Positions 1 through 11,071 of a stretch of DNA of 64,000 bases are shown piece after piece. The notes beneath the pieces are model-generated. The model worked only from the letters and a program-made list of their open reading frames with translations. It had not been told where the DNA came from and did not search any database. Each line of letters begins with the position of its first letter. The stretch's first letter is position 1. The stretch comes from Eledone cirrhosa (taxonomy: Eukaryota): NCBI GenBank assembly GCA_964016885.1, contig OZ024741.1, forward strand, positions 267,406,001-267,470,000. The letters run 5' to 3'. Made by a program: the position numbers and the translations under genes.

Positions 1-260
1 GATTGACCCCCAGTACTTATTTTACTGGTTTCAGCCATTTGACTGCAGCCATGCTGTGGCACTAATTTGACTTAGTTGATCAAATCAACCCTAGTACTTA
101 TTTTACTGGTTTCAGCCATTTGACCTTGGCTATGCTGGAGCACTGCTTTGAAGGGATATAGTTGATTACATCAGCACCTGTACTTATTTCTTTCAAGTCT
201 TGTACTTATTCAATCAATCCCTGTTTGTCAAACTGCTAAGTTACAAGACATAAACAAACA
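1..260. mobile_element. Degenerate SINE-like repeat fragments
   Basis: Repeated motif ccagtacttattttactggtttcagccatttgac...gccatgctg occurs twice in tandem; related motifs at 14030-14087 and 62460-62570. Confidence 0.5.
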
Positions 261-630
261 GTAAACACAAACATAGACACTTGTTGTTTATTGAAGTCAC
301 TGATAACATTCCTCTTCATGGCAGCCAGTGGTGGGTACACACACGCACACTTAACACACGTATATATATCTCTATTTATCTGTCTGTCTACACACACACA
401 CACAACAGTTTCATCATCATTGTTTTACATCCGCTTTTCTTTGCTTACATGAGTTTGCTGAGTTTCTTCCAGCACAGCATCCCTCCACTACCAACTGTTA
501 CTCACAAAGCATTTGATTAATTCAAAGAGGATGTGGTGGCATTGATGATGTTGAGAGTGATCTTGAATTTCCATTCATGTATAAATTGACACTCTTGGAA
601 TTTTGTTTTTCTTTCTTTCTTTCATCTCAG

Positions 631-843
631 ATATTTTCACTAGAAACCGAACTGTCCACTACAGTGACTCAATGTGCCATTCAAATTGAAGAAGAGAAAG
701 CTCGGTTCCAGTTAATTGAAGACCAATTTAAACGTGATGCAGAATCCTTTGAAAAAAGACTGCAAGAAGAAATTGAGAAACTAAAAAGGCAGCAGAAAGT
801 TGAAATTGACAAATTCCTTTTGGTTCACCAAAAAGATATGCAG
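631..843 (+). CDS. Internal exon of a host coiled-coil protein gene (IFSLETELSTT...VHQKDMQ), possibly FAM184-like
   Basis: Polypyrimidine tract + ctcag acceptor ending at 630, CAG|gtatat donor at 843/844, 213 bp open frame (phase 0-0), E/K/Q-rich heptad sequence unlike surrounding repeats. Confidence 0.8.
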
Positions 844-1219
844 GTATATTACTTTATTTAATGTTAATCTATTATATTCCTTTTTTTTTTTTTTGTTAGG
901 TCTGGAGGAAGGGGCTGGCCCCATCACCTCTGTAACTCCTCAGAAACCAATGAGGTAGATACTGTTGATGTTTATCTTAAATTGTTGCTGATCAACTTCT
1001 CCAGCAAAAACATGTGCAAGGAGAGGAATTGTGGGTTCAATTCCCACTTGTACTAATGACCATTTTTTTCCATTATGGGAGTTCATATGCCCCAATATTA
1101 GACTATATCCTGTAGTCAATATACAGTGAAAGATTCTAATTCTATGTCTAAAATTTTCAATTGCCACTGTTCTAATTCACATGTGGTTATATATGTATAT
1201 ATATGTATTCACACGTGGT

Positions 1220-1631
1220 TCATCATCATCATCACCGTTTTACATCCCTTCTTCCACGCTAGCATGGGTTAGACGGGTTGTCCTGTTGTGGGCAGTGGCC
1301 GGTCGGCTGACCATGCCTTGCTCATACGGGAACTGATTCTGGCTTGATTTCTACAGCTGGATGCCCTTCCTAACACCAACCTCATTTACAGTGAGTGCTG
1401 GGTGCTTTTTCCGTGGTGCCTACACATCCACTTTACAGTGTGGGCTGGGTGCTTTTTTTTTTTTTTGCCGTGGCACCTCCACAACCACTTTACATCTCAT
1501 TTCTACAGCTGAGTAAACTGAAGCAATGGGAAATAAAGTGTTTTGTTCAAGGAAACAACACATCACCCGGTCCGAGAATTGAACTCAAAACCTTTCGATT
1601 GCAAGGCCAATGCTCTAACCACTAAGCCATG
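1220..1631 (-). mobile_element. tRNA-head SINE with RTE-derived body and tail
   Basis: Reverse complement of TGGCTTAGTGGTTAGAGCATTGGCCTTGCAATCG...GAGTTCAATTC head, ggaagggcatccagctgtag core, (GAT)n tail. Confidence 0.8.
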
Positions 1632-1641
1632 TATATGTATG

Positions 1642-1692
<51 letters not shown>

Positions 1693-1896
1693 ATATATAT
1701 GTATGTATATGTGTATATATATGTATGTATATATGTGTATATATATGTATTCACATGTGGTTATATATATATATGTGTGTGTATATATATATATATATAT
1801 GTGTTTATATATGTATATATATGTGTATATATATGTGTATATATATATATATATGTGTATAGATATATATATGTATATATATATATATATATATAT

Positions 1897-2422
1897 GATA
1901 AATTGAAACAAAATGAAAACGAAATTTCATTTCTCACTCTTAGTATGGCACTTACTTAAATGTAAGTATGCATGTATACGTACATACATATATGTATACA
2001 GACGTACAGTAGCATGCACATATATATATATATATACATATATACATACATATGCATACAGGTACACATACATATATGCACGTATCAGTTTAGCAGCGCT
2101 TATTATAACGTCGCTTTGTTCGTTTGTAAACAAACTGAACAGCCTGAATTTATGCCATACGGTGTTAAGGCAACCACGTCACCTTTTTGTTCAACACTGA
2201 CACAGGAACGATGTACTAGTTTCAAGCTTGTTAGCTATCATCAGCACCGTTTACCCATCTGCCAGATAGTTGAACGTTCGAAAGTATATACTTTCCTTAT
2301 GAAAATTAACGGCTGAGCAGCCTAATTTGCATATTGAGTGAGTTAAATCGGTCAGGCATACCGAAAACGATAAATTGAAACAAAATGAAAACGAAATTTC
2401 ATTTCTCACTCTTAGTATGGCA
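1897..2422 (-). mobile_element. Retrozyme-like element, 1.1-mer of a 472-bp unit, diverged relative of the 468-bp array
   Basis: 54-bp direct repeat 1897-1950 / 2369-2422; one HHR; segments alignable by eye with the 468-bp unit (ctatgaaaatta..., acgaaatt...ctcact...gtatg). Confidence 0.75.
2207..2251 (-). ncRNA. Type I minimal hammerhead ribozyme
   Basis: Minus strand reads AACGGTG CTGATGA TAGCT-AACA-AGCTT GAA ACTAGT A CATCGTT: stem I, canonical core, palindromic stem III, GUA cleavage triplet. Confidence 0.85.
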
Positions 2423-2520
2423 TCATCGCTGCCATATCCTGCATCTCTAACAGACCAGTGTCTGTCCTTAGGGCATCAACATATGTTAACCTTGGTCTTC
2501 CTCTTCTAGTGTGTCCATGT
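2420..2520 (-). mobile_element. Fragment of LINE family D (RTE-like) 3' coding region
   Basis: Encodes HGHTRRGRPRLTYVDALRTDTGLLEMQDMAA, matching 21665-22225 and 37830-38249. Confidence 0.8.
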
Positions 2521-2597
2521 ATTTGTATATATATATGTATATATGTGTATGTATATATATATATGAATATATATATGTATGTATATATATGTATATA

Positions 2598-2843
2598 TAT
2601 CATCATCATCATCATCGTTTAACGTCCATGTTCCACGCTTGCATGGGTTTGGACGGGAGTTTTCCCACTTGAGGCAAGAGTGGTTGTTTTGCTCGCATAG
2701 GACTGTCGGGCGGGTTTTCTACAGCTGGATGCCCTTCCTAACACCAACCACATTTACAGTGTGGGACTGGGAGGTTTTTACCGTGTTGACTACACTGCCA
2801 CATTACAGCGTGGACTGTGTTTTTTTGTTGTGACGCCTACACG
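2598..2843 (-). mobile_element. 3' UTR/tail fragment of RTE family B
   Basis: Near-identical to 3285-3590; (CAT)n tail. Confidence 0.8.
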
Positions 2844-2859
2844 TATATGTATATATATA

Positions 2860-2890
<31 letters not shown>

Positions 2891-3020
2891 ATATATATAT
2901 ACATATATATACATATATATACACATATATATATATACATATATATACATATATATATATACATATATATACATATATATATATACATATATATACATAT
3001 ATATATATACATATATATAC

Positions 3021-3052
<32 letters not shown>

Positions 3053-3058
3053 TTACAC

Positions 3059-3089
<31 letters not shown>

Positions 3090-3092
3090 CAC

Positions 3093-3125
<33 letters not shown>

Positions 3126-3142
3126 CATATATACATATATAC

Positions 3143-3203
<61 letters not shown>

Positions 3204-3284
3204 TGTATATACATATATATATATATACATATATATATATATGTGTATATATATGTATATATAGATGTATATATATGTATATAT

Positions 3285-5938
3285 CATCATCATCATCATC
3301 AATGTTTAACGTCTGTGTTCCACGCTTGCATGGGTTTGGACGGGGCTTTTCCCACTTGAGGCAAGAGTGATTGTCTTGCTCGCATAGGACTGTCTGGCGG
3401 GTTTTCTACAGCTGGATGCCCTTCCTAACACCAACCACATTTACAGCGTGGACTGTTTGGCGGGTTTTCTACAGCTGGATGCCCTTCCTAACACCAACCA
3501 CATTTACAGTGTGGGGCTGGGAGGTTTTTACTGTGTTGCCTACACGGCCACATTACAGCGTGGACTGTGTGTTTTTTTGTCGTGACACCTACACAATCTC
3601 ATTTGTTTCGGCCTGGATGTTGTGGCACCAACATAACTTTACATTGAAAGGGACGGTGTGGATGGGGTGGGGGTGGTGGGACAGGGGTGTATTTTGTTAG
3701 AGATGCCTACTGACTGTAGTAGGTTTTACTTTGTATTTAGGTAAGGCGGGTCTTCTCTATTACTGAGTACCGCCAAAGGTCTCGGTCCAGTGACATTGTC
3801 TTGGAGAGGTGTAAGTGTGTGAGGTCGGAATTTATCAGCTCGTCCCAGGTTTTTCTGGGTCTGCCTACTCCGTAGCTACCGTCTATCTTTATTGCCCTGC
3901 ACTTTGTTATACAGCTGTCGTCTTTCATGCGCATCACATGACCATACCAACGTAGCCTTCTCTCGAGTAAACAACATCTGATCCCTCTTATTTCTAATTT
4001 TTTCCTTAGTTCACTTATGCTTTGCCGTTCACGTATGTTACTATTACACATCCAGCGGAGCATGCAAGCTTCGTTCCTCTCTAGTCTGCGTATATCCTCT
4101 GCACACAATGCCCAGGTCTCACTGCCATGCAACATTGCTGTTCGTATGCAGGCATCATACAACCTGCCTTTCATTTTTAGGGAGAACCCTTCAGTGGCTA
4201 ATAGTGGTATAAGCTCTCTGAACTTTTTCCATCCAGTTCTGACTCTAGCTACTGTACTTTCAGAGCACCCTCCCCCACTGCTGATTTTGTCACCCAGGTA
4301 ACGGAAGCTGTCCACTATTTCTATAGAACCCTTTGTGCAATTGAAAGAGCTAGTATTTAGTGGGCACTTGCTGCTACTTATTGCACCAGAGCACCGGCCA
4401 CATGTAAAATCTATGTTCTTAGTTAGCTTACCTGTGATCCCACTACATCTTTTATGCACCCATACTTTGCATTTGGGACATAAAATGGAGTTTCTACCTA
4501 CGCCTTTCCTACACACTGAGCATGGCCATTTCCCGGAAGGGACCGGCGCCTTATTTTCTTTCTTACAAACTAGAACTTTAGTCTTAGCCAGGTTAATTTT
4601 AAGTCCTTTTGATTCTAGGCCGTGCTTCGATGTTTGGAATTTCTTCTCTAGCTCGGCCATTGATTCAGCTATGAGCGTTAGATCATCTGCGTATAGGAGT
4701 TCCCATGGGCAGCCGGTCTTGAACTCCACTGTTATAACCTGAAGGGCAATAATAAATAGTAGGGGGTTAAGAACAGAGCCCTGATGAACACCAACTTTTA
4801 CACTAAACTCTTCACTATATTCGTTGTTAATTCTAACCTTGCTGACTGTTTCTTTATACATGGCTTGTATAGCTCTCACAAGCCATTCGTCAACACCTAG
4901 TTTTCTAAGAGCCCACCAGATAATGGAACGGGGGACTCTGTCGAAGGCTTTCTCCAAGTCAACAAAAGCTAAGTATAGGGGTTTACTTTTAGCTAGGTAC
5001 TTCTCCTGTAGTTGTCGTACAATGAAAAGAGCGTCTGTGGTACTTTTGCCTGAGACAAACCCGAACTGCATTTCATCTAGGTCAATTCTCTCTCTGATTA
5101 GTTGCGCTATTACTTTTTCCGTGACCTTCATGACCTGGTCGATTAATCAGTGATGGCAAGTACGCCATCATCATTAAGTACACACTTCTCCCCGACAATA
5201 TCACGATTTTTCTTGACACATTGCCTAGCAATCCTGAACACCTCACGTTTTTGGTCCTCACGTTGTAGAACATGCTTGAACTTTCTTTCCTCTGCTTCCC
5301 TTCTTGCGAAGTACACTTGTCTCCTAACTTCCCTCCTGGCCACTTGATAGTCTTCTCTACTTCCCCCATCCCGCCATACTTTCCAAGCCTGCTTTTTGGC
5401 CTTAATTGACTCCTCCACCTTACTGTTCCACCACCATGTTACTCTCCTCCTACCTACAGGCCTGCTCCAGCCACAGACCTCGTCTGCCGCCGTCAGCAGG
5501 TTTGCTTTCAGGAATTCCCACTGTTCCTCTATATTATCTGACTCTAATTGCTCTTTCTTACTGTCGAAAGCATCAAGTAACATGCTTTGAAATTTATTTC
5601 TGGCTGTGGGGTCCTTTAGCTTCCATAATTTTCTCCTGAGGATAGTCCTCTTCTGTTGTCTAGTACGTCTCGTTCTGACTATGAGGTCGCTAATTAGCAG
5701 TCTGTGTTGGGAGGTGCATTCTTCATGGGGGAGGGATTTAGTATTTACAACAGACACTCTGTCACGTCTTCTGGTAAGGATATAATCTACCTGGCTGGTA
5801 TGTTCCCCCTATCTGTAGGTGATCAAGTGATTGTCTCGTTTTTTGAAGTTAGTGTTACAGATAGTTAGGTTATTTGCATCACAGAATTCCAGGATTCTGG
5901 AGCCTTCCTCATTTCTAGTACCAAACCCATAGCCTCCG
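3285..5938 (-). mobile_element. RTE-clade LINE family B, 5'-truncated with internal deletion
   Basis: ORFs 5143-5757 (APE C-terminus/linker) and 3737-5131 (RT: FVDLEKAFD, GVHQGS, YADD, FRYLG); linker and RT N-terminus deleted near 5145; long 3' UTR ending in (GAT)n. Confidence 0.93.
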
Positions 5939-6066
5939 TGTATGTATGTATGTATATATATCTATATATGTATGTGTATATATGTATATATATATATATA
6001 AGTATGTATGTATGTATATATATGTATGTATGTGTTTATATGTATATATATATGTATATATATATG

Positions 6067-6430
6067 TCTAACAAAATACACCCCGTCCCACCACCACCAC
6101 CCCCACCCGATCCACACCACCCCGTTCTATGTAAAGTTATGTTGGTGCCGCGCTATCGAGGCCGAAACAAATGAGATCGTGTAGGTGTCACGACAAAAAA
6201 ACACACAGTCCACGCTGTAATGTGGCCGTGTAGGCAACACGGTAAAAACCTCCCAGACCCACACTGTAAATGTGGTTGGTGTTAGGAAGGGCATCCAACT
6301 GTAGAAAACCTGCCAGACAGTCCTATGCGAGCAAGACAATCACTCTTGCCTCAAGTGGGACTACCCCCGTCCAAACCCATGCAAGCGTGGAACACGGACG
6401 TTAAACGTTGATGATGATGATGATGATGAT
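6067..6430 (+). mobile_element. 3' UTR fragment of RTE family B
   Basis: Matches 45230-45580; (GAT)n tail. Confidence 0.85.
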
Positions 6431-6447
6431 ATATGTATGTATATATG

Positions 6448-6479
<32 letters not shown>

Positions 6480-6672
6480 TGTATATATATGTATGTATTT
6501 ATATACGTATGTATATATGTTTATATATGTATGTATGTATATATATGTATGTATGTATATATATGTTTATATATGTATGTATGTATATATATGTATGTAT
6601 GTATATATATGTATATATATGTATGTATTTATATATGTATGTATATATATATATGTATATATATGTATATAT

Positions 6673-6713
<41 letters not shown>

Positions 6714-6756
6714 TGTATATATATGTATGTATATACATATATTTGCTTATATATAT

Positions 6757-7577
6757 AAAGAGAAGTGTGTTACGCAGTGAGATGTGTGTAAAGAATTATT
6801 ACAAGTGAGTTTTACCGTTACTGTATGGAGAACAATATCTACAGGTTTAGCAATTAAATAGAAAAAAGCTAAGTCAGAATCAAATCTCTGAAGTAGAGTT
6901 TTAAATTACCAACCTTATAACTATAAGTTTGCTGATACGAATCTCGCTTCGTTTCACCACTGATATGTGTAGTATAACAGTCCACAGGATCCTCAGTCAG
7001 CAAATGTGGACACTGTTCACGACACATCTAACCTCATGGATAGAGAGAAAGCTAATATACACGCTGCCCAGAGTAGGGCAAAATCACGTGTTATTTGCAT
7101 CAAATAACGGCTCATGGATTGGGGGAAACGCTAGAGAAGGCAGCCCAACCATTCAAATCTATTAGCTCAACAATTTGGAGCTCGTTAAGTATACAAAGAT
7201 CGGAATTAAGAGTATTCCGCAGTTCACAGTAATAATAATAATAGTATTAGCTCAAAGAAGAATAGAGAATTTCCTTCTGAGCTCAAATGCAAATATATTA
7301 CACAAAGAGAAGTGTGTTACACAGTGAGATGTTTGTAAAGAATTATCACAAGTGAGTTTTACCGTTACTGTATAGAGAACAATATCTACAGGTTTAGCAA
7401 TTAAATAGAAAAAAACTAAGTCAGAATCAAATCTCTGAATTAGACTGTGTAACACACTTCTCTTTGTGTAATATATTTGCATTTGAGCTCAGAAGGAAAT
7501 TCTCTATTCTTCTTTGAGCTAATACTATTATTATTATTACAGTGAACTGCGGAATACTCTTAATTCCGATCTTTGTA

Positions 7578-7579
<2 letters not shown>
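6757..7579 (-). mobile_element. HHR-bearing partial tandem element (547-bp unit, 1.25-mer) with inverted terminal segment
   Basis: Direct repeat 6757-6897 / 7304-7444; 7445-7579 is the reverse complement of 7190-7324; flanked by (TA)n. Confidence 0.8.
6928..7004 (-). ncRNA. Type I hammerhead ribozyme
   Basis: Minus strand: TTTGCTGA CTGAGGA [stem II] GAA ACGAA-GCGAGA-TTCGT A TCAGCAAA; 8-bp stem I, 5-bp stem III, GUA triplet. Confidence 0.85.
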
Positions 7580-7608
<29 letters not shown>

Positions 7609-7840
7609 ATATATATATATATATAAAATTGAAAAAGTGAAGAATAACATGGTCAACAGTACAAAAAAAAAGGAATTTATTCACAGTCTAACAATTGTTT
7701 CACTGATTAAGTTGTCTAAAAATTGCTGAACACTAGAAGCAGTGCCACTCAATTTTAAATACAATGCTAGTCAATCATATCATCAAAGACTATTAGAAAA
7801 AATATATATAACTGGAATACTCTTAATTCCGATCTTTGTA

Positions 7841-7871
<31 letters not shown>

Positions 7872-8078
7872 ATATATATATATATATAAAATTGAAAAAG
7901 TGAAGAATAACATGGTCAACAGTACAAAAAAAAAGGAATTTATTCACAGTCTAACAATTGTTTCACTGATTAAGTTGTCTAAAAATTGCTGAACACTAGA
8001 AGCAGTGCCACTCAATTTTAAATACAATGCTAGTCAATCATATCATCAGAGACTATTAGAAAAAATATATATAACTGG
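7551..8078. repeat. 263-bp local tandem duplication spanning a junction between two elements
   Basis: 7551-7813 and 7814-8078 are near-identical, including the same interrupted (TA)n tract. Confidence 0.85.
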
Positions 8079-9990
8079 CAAATCTACAAATTCAAATTAC
8101 AGCATCAATAATAATATTAGTAATAAAGATAGAGAGAGAAAAAAAGAAAGAAAGAGAGATAAAGGAAAGAAAGGAAAAAGAAAAAGGAGAAATGAAAACA
8201 GAGAAAGATATAGAGAAAAAATGATGTAGAGAAAGGAGGCGAGAAAAGGATAGAGGAGAAATGATGTAAGAGAAAAAGAAAAATAGAAAAATAGAGGGAA
8301 AATAATGATATCAACAATAAATGAATAAATGTTAATACATGAATAAATGTAAATGAATAAATAAACAGATTACATCGAGTATGATACAAAATGATACAAA
8401 ATATGAAAATATGAAAATAAATAAGTAAAAATGTGTGAAGAAATTTAAACATTAAGATTATTGAATGTGGTTAAAATATAGAGAGATGCGAAGGTATAAA
8501 TATGATAATGTTAAATATATTTATGTGTGTATTGGTTATTTTAATAAATTAATTATATAATTAATTAATTATTTGATTAATTAGTTGTATGTTATATTAG
8601 AAGTGGAAATGATATAAGATAAAATAAAATGCCAGAGATGAAATAAACTTAGGGAGAGAAATAGAGAGATAGAAAGTGAAAGATAGAGATACATAAAATA
8701 TGAATGTAAATATAAGAGGTTTTGATGTTGGTTCATTGATAGATGATGACAATTATAACAATAATGATGATGATGTGATATTATAATAGATCTAAGTGGT
8801 ACAATTTGGGTTATGGAATAGATAAGATGAATTAAGCTGGTCTAAAGTTCTCAAATCTGGTCGCCGTTTTATGCCTACAATAAATAGTTCTTTCAATTTT
8901 ACTGTTAAGTAGCATTTTGTTGTAATTTAAAATTTGGAAAAGTTCCATATTACAAAGACCACAGTGGGACATGCCAATTCGATAGGCTGTTGCTGTTGAT
9001 AGCTTCGTCCAGCTGATTTTATATTCCATGTTTGCATCTCTGAGTTGCCAGATTTTATTGGCGAGAGTTGTTGTATTTATGAGCTTCCTGTTATTCATAG
9101 AGTGTCTATGGACATACCACCTCTTCTTAAATTCTCCAGCTGTAGATCCTATGTACTGCCATGCTAAGCTGCCTGAATTTATAGTACATAGGTATACTAT
9201 ATTTGACTCTAGGCATCTATTTTGTAATGGGCATTTGTCAGGTAGATGACAATTAGATTTTGATGTCTTCCTATGTGCCGGTTCTTCTATATGGTTTTAT
9301 AACTTGTTATGTATGGGCTGAGAATTGGGTTTGTTGATGTATTGTGGTGATGTGTTCTGACGTGTGTTTGGTTGTGATGATGTTATATGCTTATATTTTG
9401 TATTTGGTGTTATGGTACTTATTTGCGGGCTACGTGTATTATAAATTCTTTTTTAGTTAATTTTATGTATGTGCGATTCTATGTTGTTGGCAGTGGAGTA
9501 TGATAGTTTGATAGTTTTTCTATTAAAGATTTTATGATATTTATGAATTTTAGGGAAGTGTTTGTCAACTAATTTGAAGAAATTATAAGGTAGTTTTGTT
9601 TTTATAGAGGAGTTAAACACTGGATTGAACCATAAGTACTTTCTATCTCTACATCTTCTATAGTTATTAGTGGTCTTTATATTAGTATTCTGTTCAATTA
9701 ATTCACGTGCTTGTTGCCAATTTCTATGTTTAGTCCTAGATTTGTTGCTTATATAGGTGTGGATAGTGTTATTTCTATTAAGTGTGTTGTTATTTTTTGT
9801 ATCTCGTATGTAGTTGAATCTCTCTTTATGGTCTGCCTTAAGTAAAGCTATGTTGTAGTAGTTAGCGTGTTCGTTAAAAATCTCTAGATTAGAAGATAGG
9901 CATGAGATTCTAACGGATATACTATGTGTTATGGAATTAATTATGGATCGGGGGTGATTAGAGTTATAATTAATGTAAGCTAAATGTTCA
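7625..9990 (-). mobile_element. Penelope-like element, 5'-truncated: RT thumb/linker + GIY-YIG endonuclease, long 3' UTR, terminal HHR
   Basis: One minus frame with two TAA stops: LWFNPVF...DKHFPKIHKYHKIFNRKTIKLSYS...CPLQNRCLESNIVYLC...QYIGSTAGEFKKRWYVH...CGLCNME...CRH. Confidence 0.88.
7948..8054 (-). ncRNA. Hammerhead ribozyme at the Penelope 3' end (duplicate at 7685-7791 has C3U)
   Basis: Minus: AGTCT CTGATGA [~75-nt stem II, TGATTGA/TTAATCA] GAA ACAATTGT T AGACT; palindromic stem III, GUU. Confidence 0.75.
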
Positions 9991-10004
9991 TATATATATA
10001 TATA

Positions 10005-10126
10005 GGAGGTCATATAACTGTCCATGCATTAATAAATTGCTCCAAAGAATCCAAACCTCGGTTTGGAGGAAACAGCTGTAAGCACAATAATGTTTTGAAC
10101 AGTTCTTTGATTCTTATATTTCATAT
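10005..10126 (+). mobile_element. Solo 3'-terminal fragment of the 19.1-21.6 kb Penelope family, with mutated HHR
   Basis: Near-identical to 21320-21441; core CCAAAGA versus CCGAAGA in the other copy. Confidence 0.8.
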
Positions 10127-10145
10127 ATATATATATATATATCTA

Positions 10146-11037
10146 CAGGGTGCGGACGATATTTGTTCGCAATTTTCAACTGCTAATTTTATGCAAATTC
10201 TTTTTACTTCCGTTGTCACTCTTGTCTTCATAAAAACAGTGACTATATTTTCATTATTTATTTTCAGAATAATTGATTATGAATAATTTTGCACCTCCAA
10301 ATTTGTGGAAGAGACACGGAGTTCTTCTTGTAATCCGCGCCGGGAGGACAAATAAGACCAGAAGATCAACTCCCAGAACAACAGGTGGCTCGCTGTCTCA
10401 TCCAAAGACGTGCCAAGAGTCATGCAGACAAAGTTTCCAGCGACAACATTGGTCTTAGGTGTCGTCAGCAGTCAAGGTGATGTCATGTCACCTCACTTCT
10501 TCCCTGAGGGCCTCAAGCTGAACACCGATGGCTACATCCGCGTTCTGAGTGAGGTAGTTAAGTCCTGGATCGACCAGGTAGCTGCAGGTAGGGCGTACGT
10601 GTGGCAGCAAGACTCAGCGCCCTGCCATACCAGCTGAAAGACCCAAGCCTGGCTGTCAGAGAATTTCGTCGACCACAATTGACCTGACATCTGGCCTCCC
10701 AGCACGCCTGCCTGCAACCCTCTCGACTTCTTTGTGTGGGGCGCAGTGGAATGAGACACCAACAGATCTAGCTGCAATTCGAAAGACGATCTGAAGGCCA
10801 GGATCGCAAGTGCTTTTAGGGGCCTAATTGGGGGGACGGTGACGAAGGCCTGTAGCCGGTTCCGAGGCCGCTTTGAGGCCGTCATCAAAGCCAATGGCGG
10901 GTTTATCGAGGGAGATCGAAAGAAGAAGTCATGAAGATAAACTGACCCCAGTTTGATAAATATATCTTAAAAAATAAAACTACTGTGTTACCTTTTCTTA
11001 GACAGTAATCTTGCGAACAAATGTCGTCCGCACCCTG
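10146..11037 (+). mobile_element. Tc1/mariner DD37D (maT/Bmmar1-type) transposon, internally deleted, pseudogenised transposase
   Basis: 27-bp TIR CAGGGTGCGGACGATATTTGTTCGCAA (one mismatch) with TA on both sides; WQQDSAPCH...WPPSTPACNPLDFFVWG with 37 residues between the last two Asp; two in-frame TGA stops. Confidence 0.9.
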
Positions 11038-11039
11038 TA

Positions 11040-11070
<31 letters not shown>

Positions 11071-11071
<1 letters not shown>

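Noticed and set aside
8832-9990. Selenocysteine recoding in the Penelope ORF, as reported for some Naiad elements
   Set aside because: Both interrupting stops are TAA, not TGA, so they are ordinary inactivating mutations
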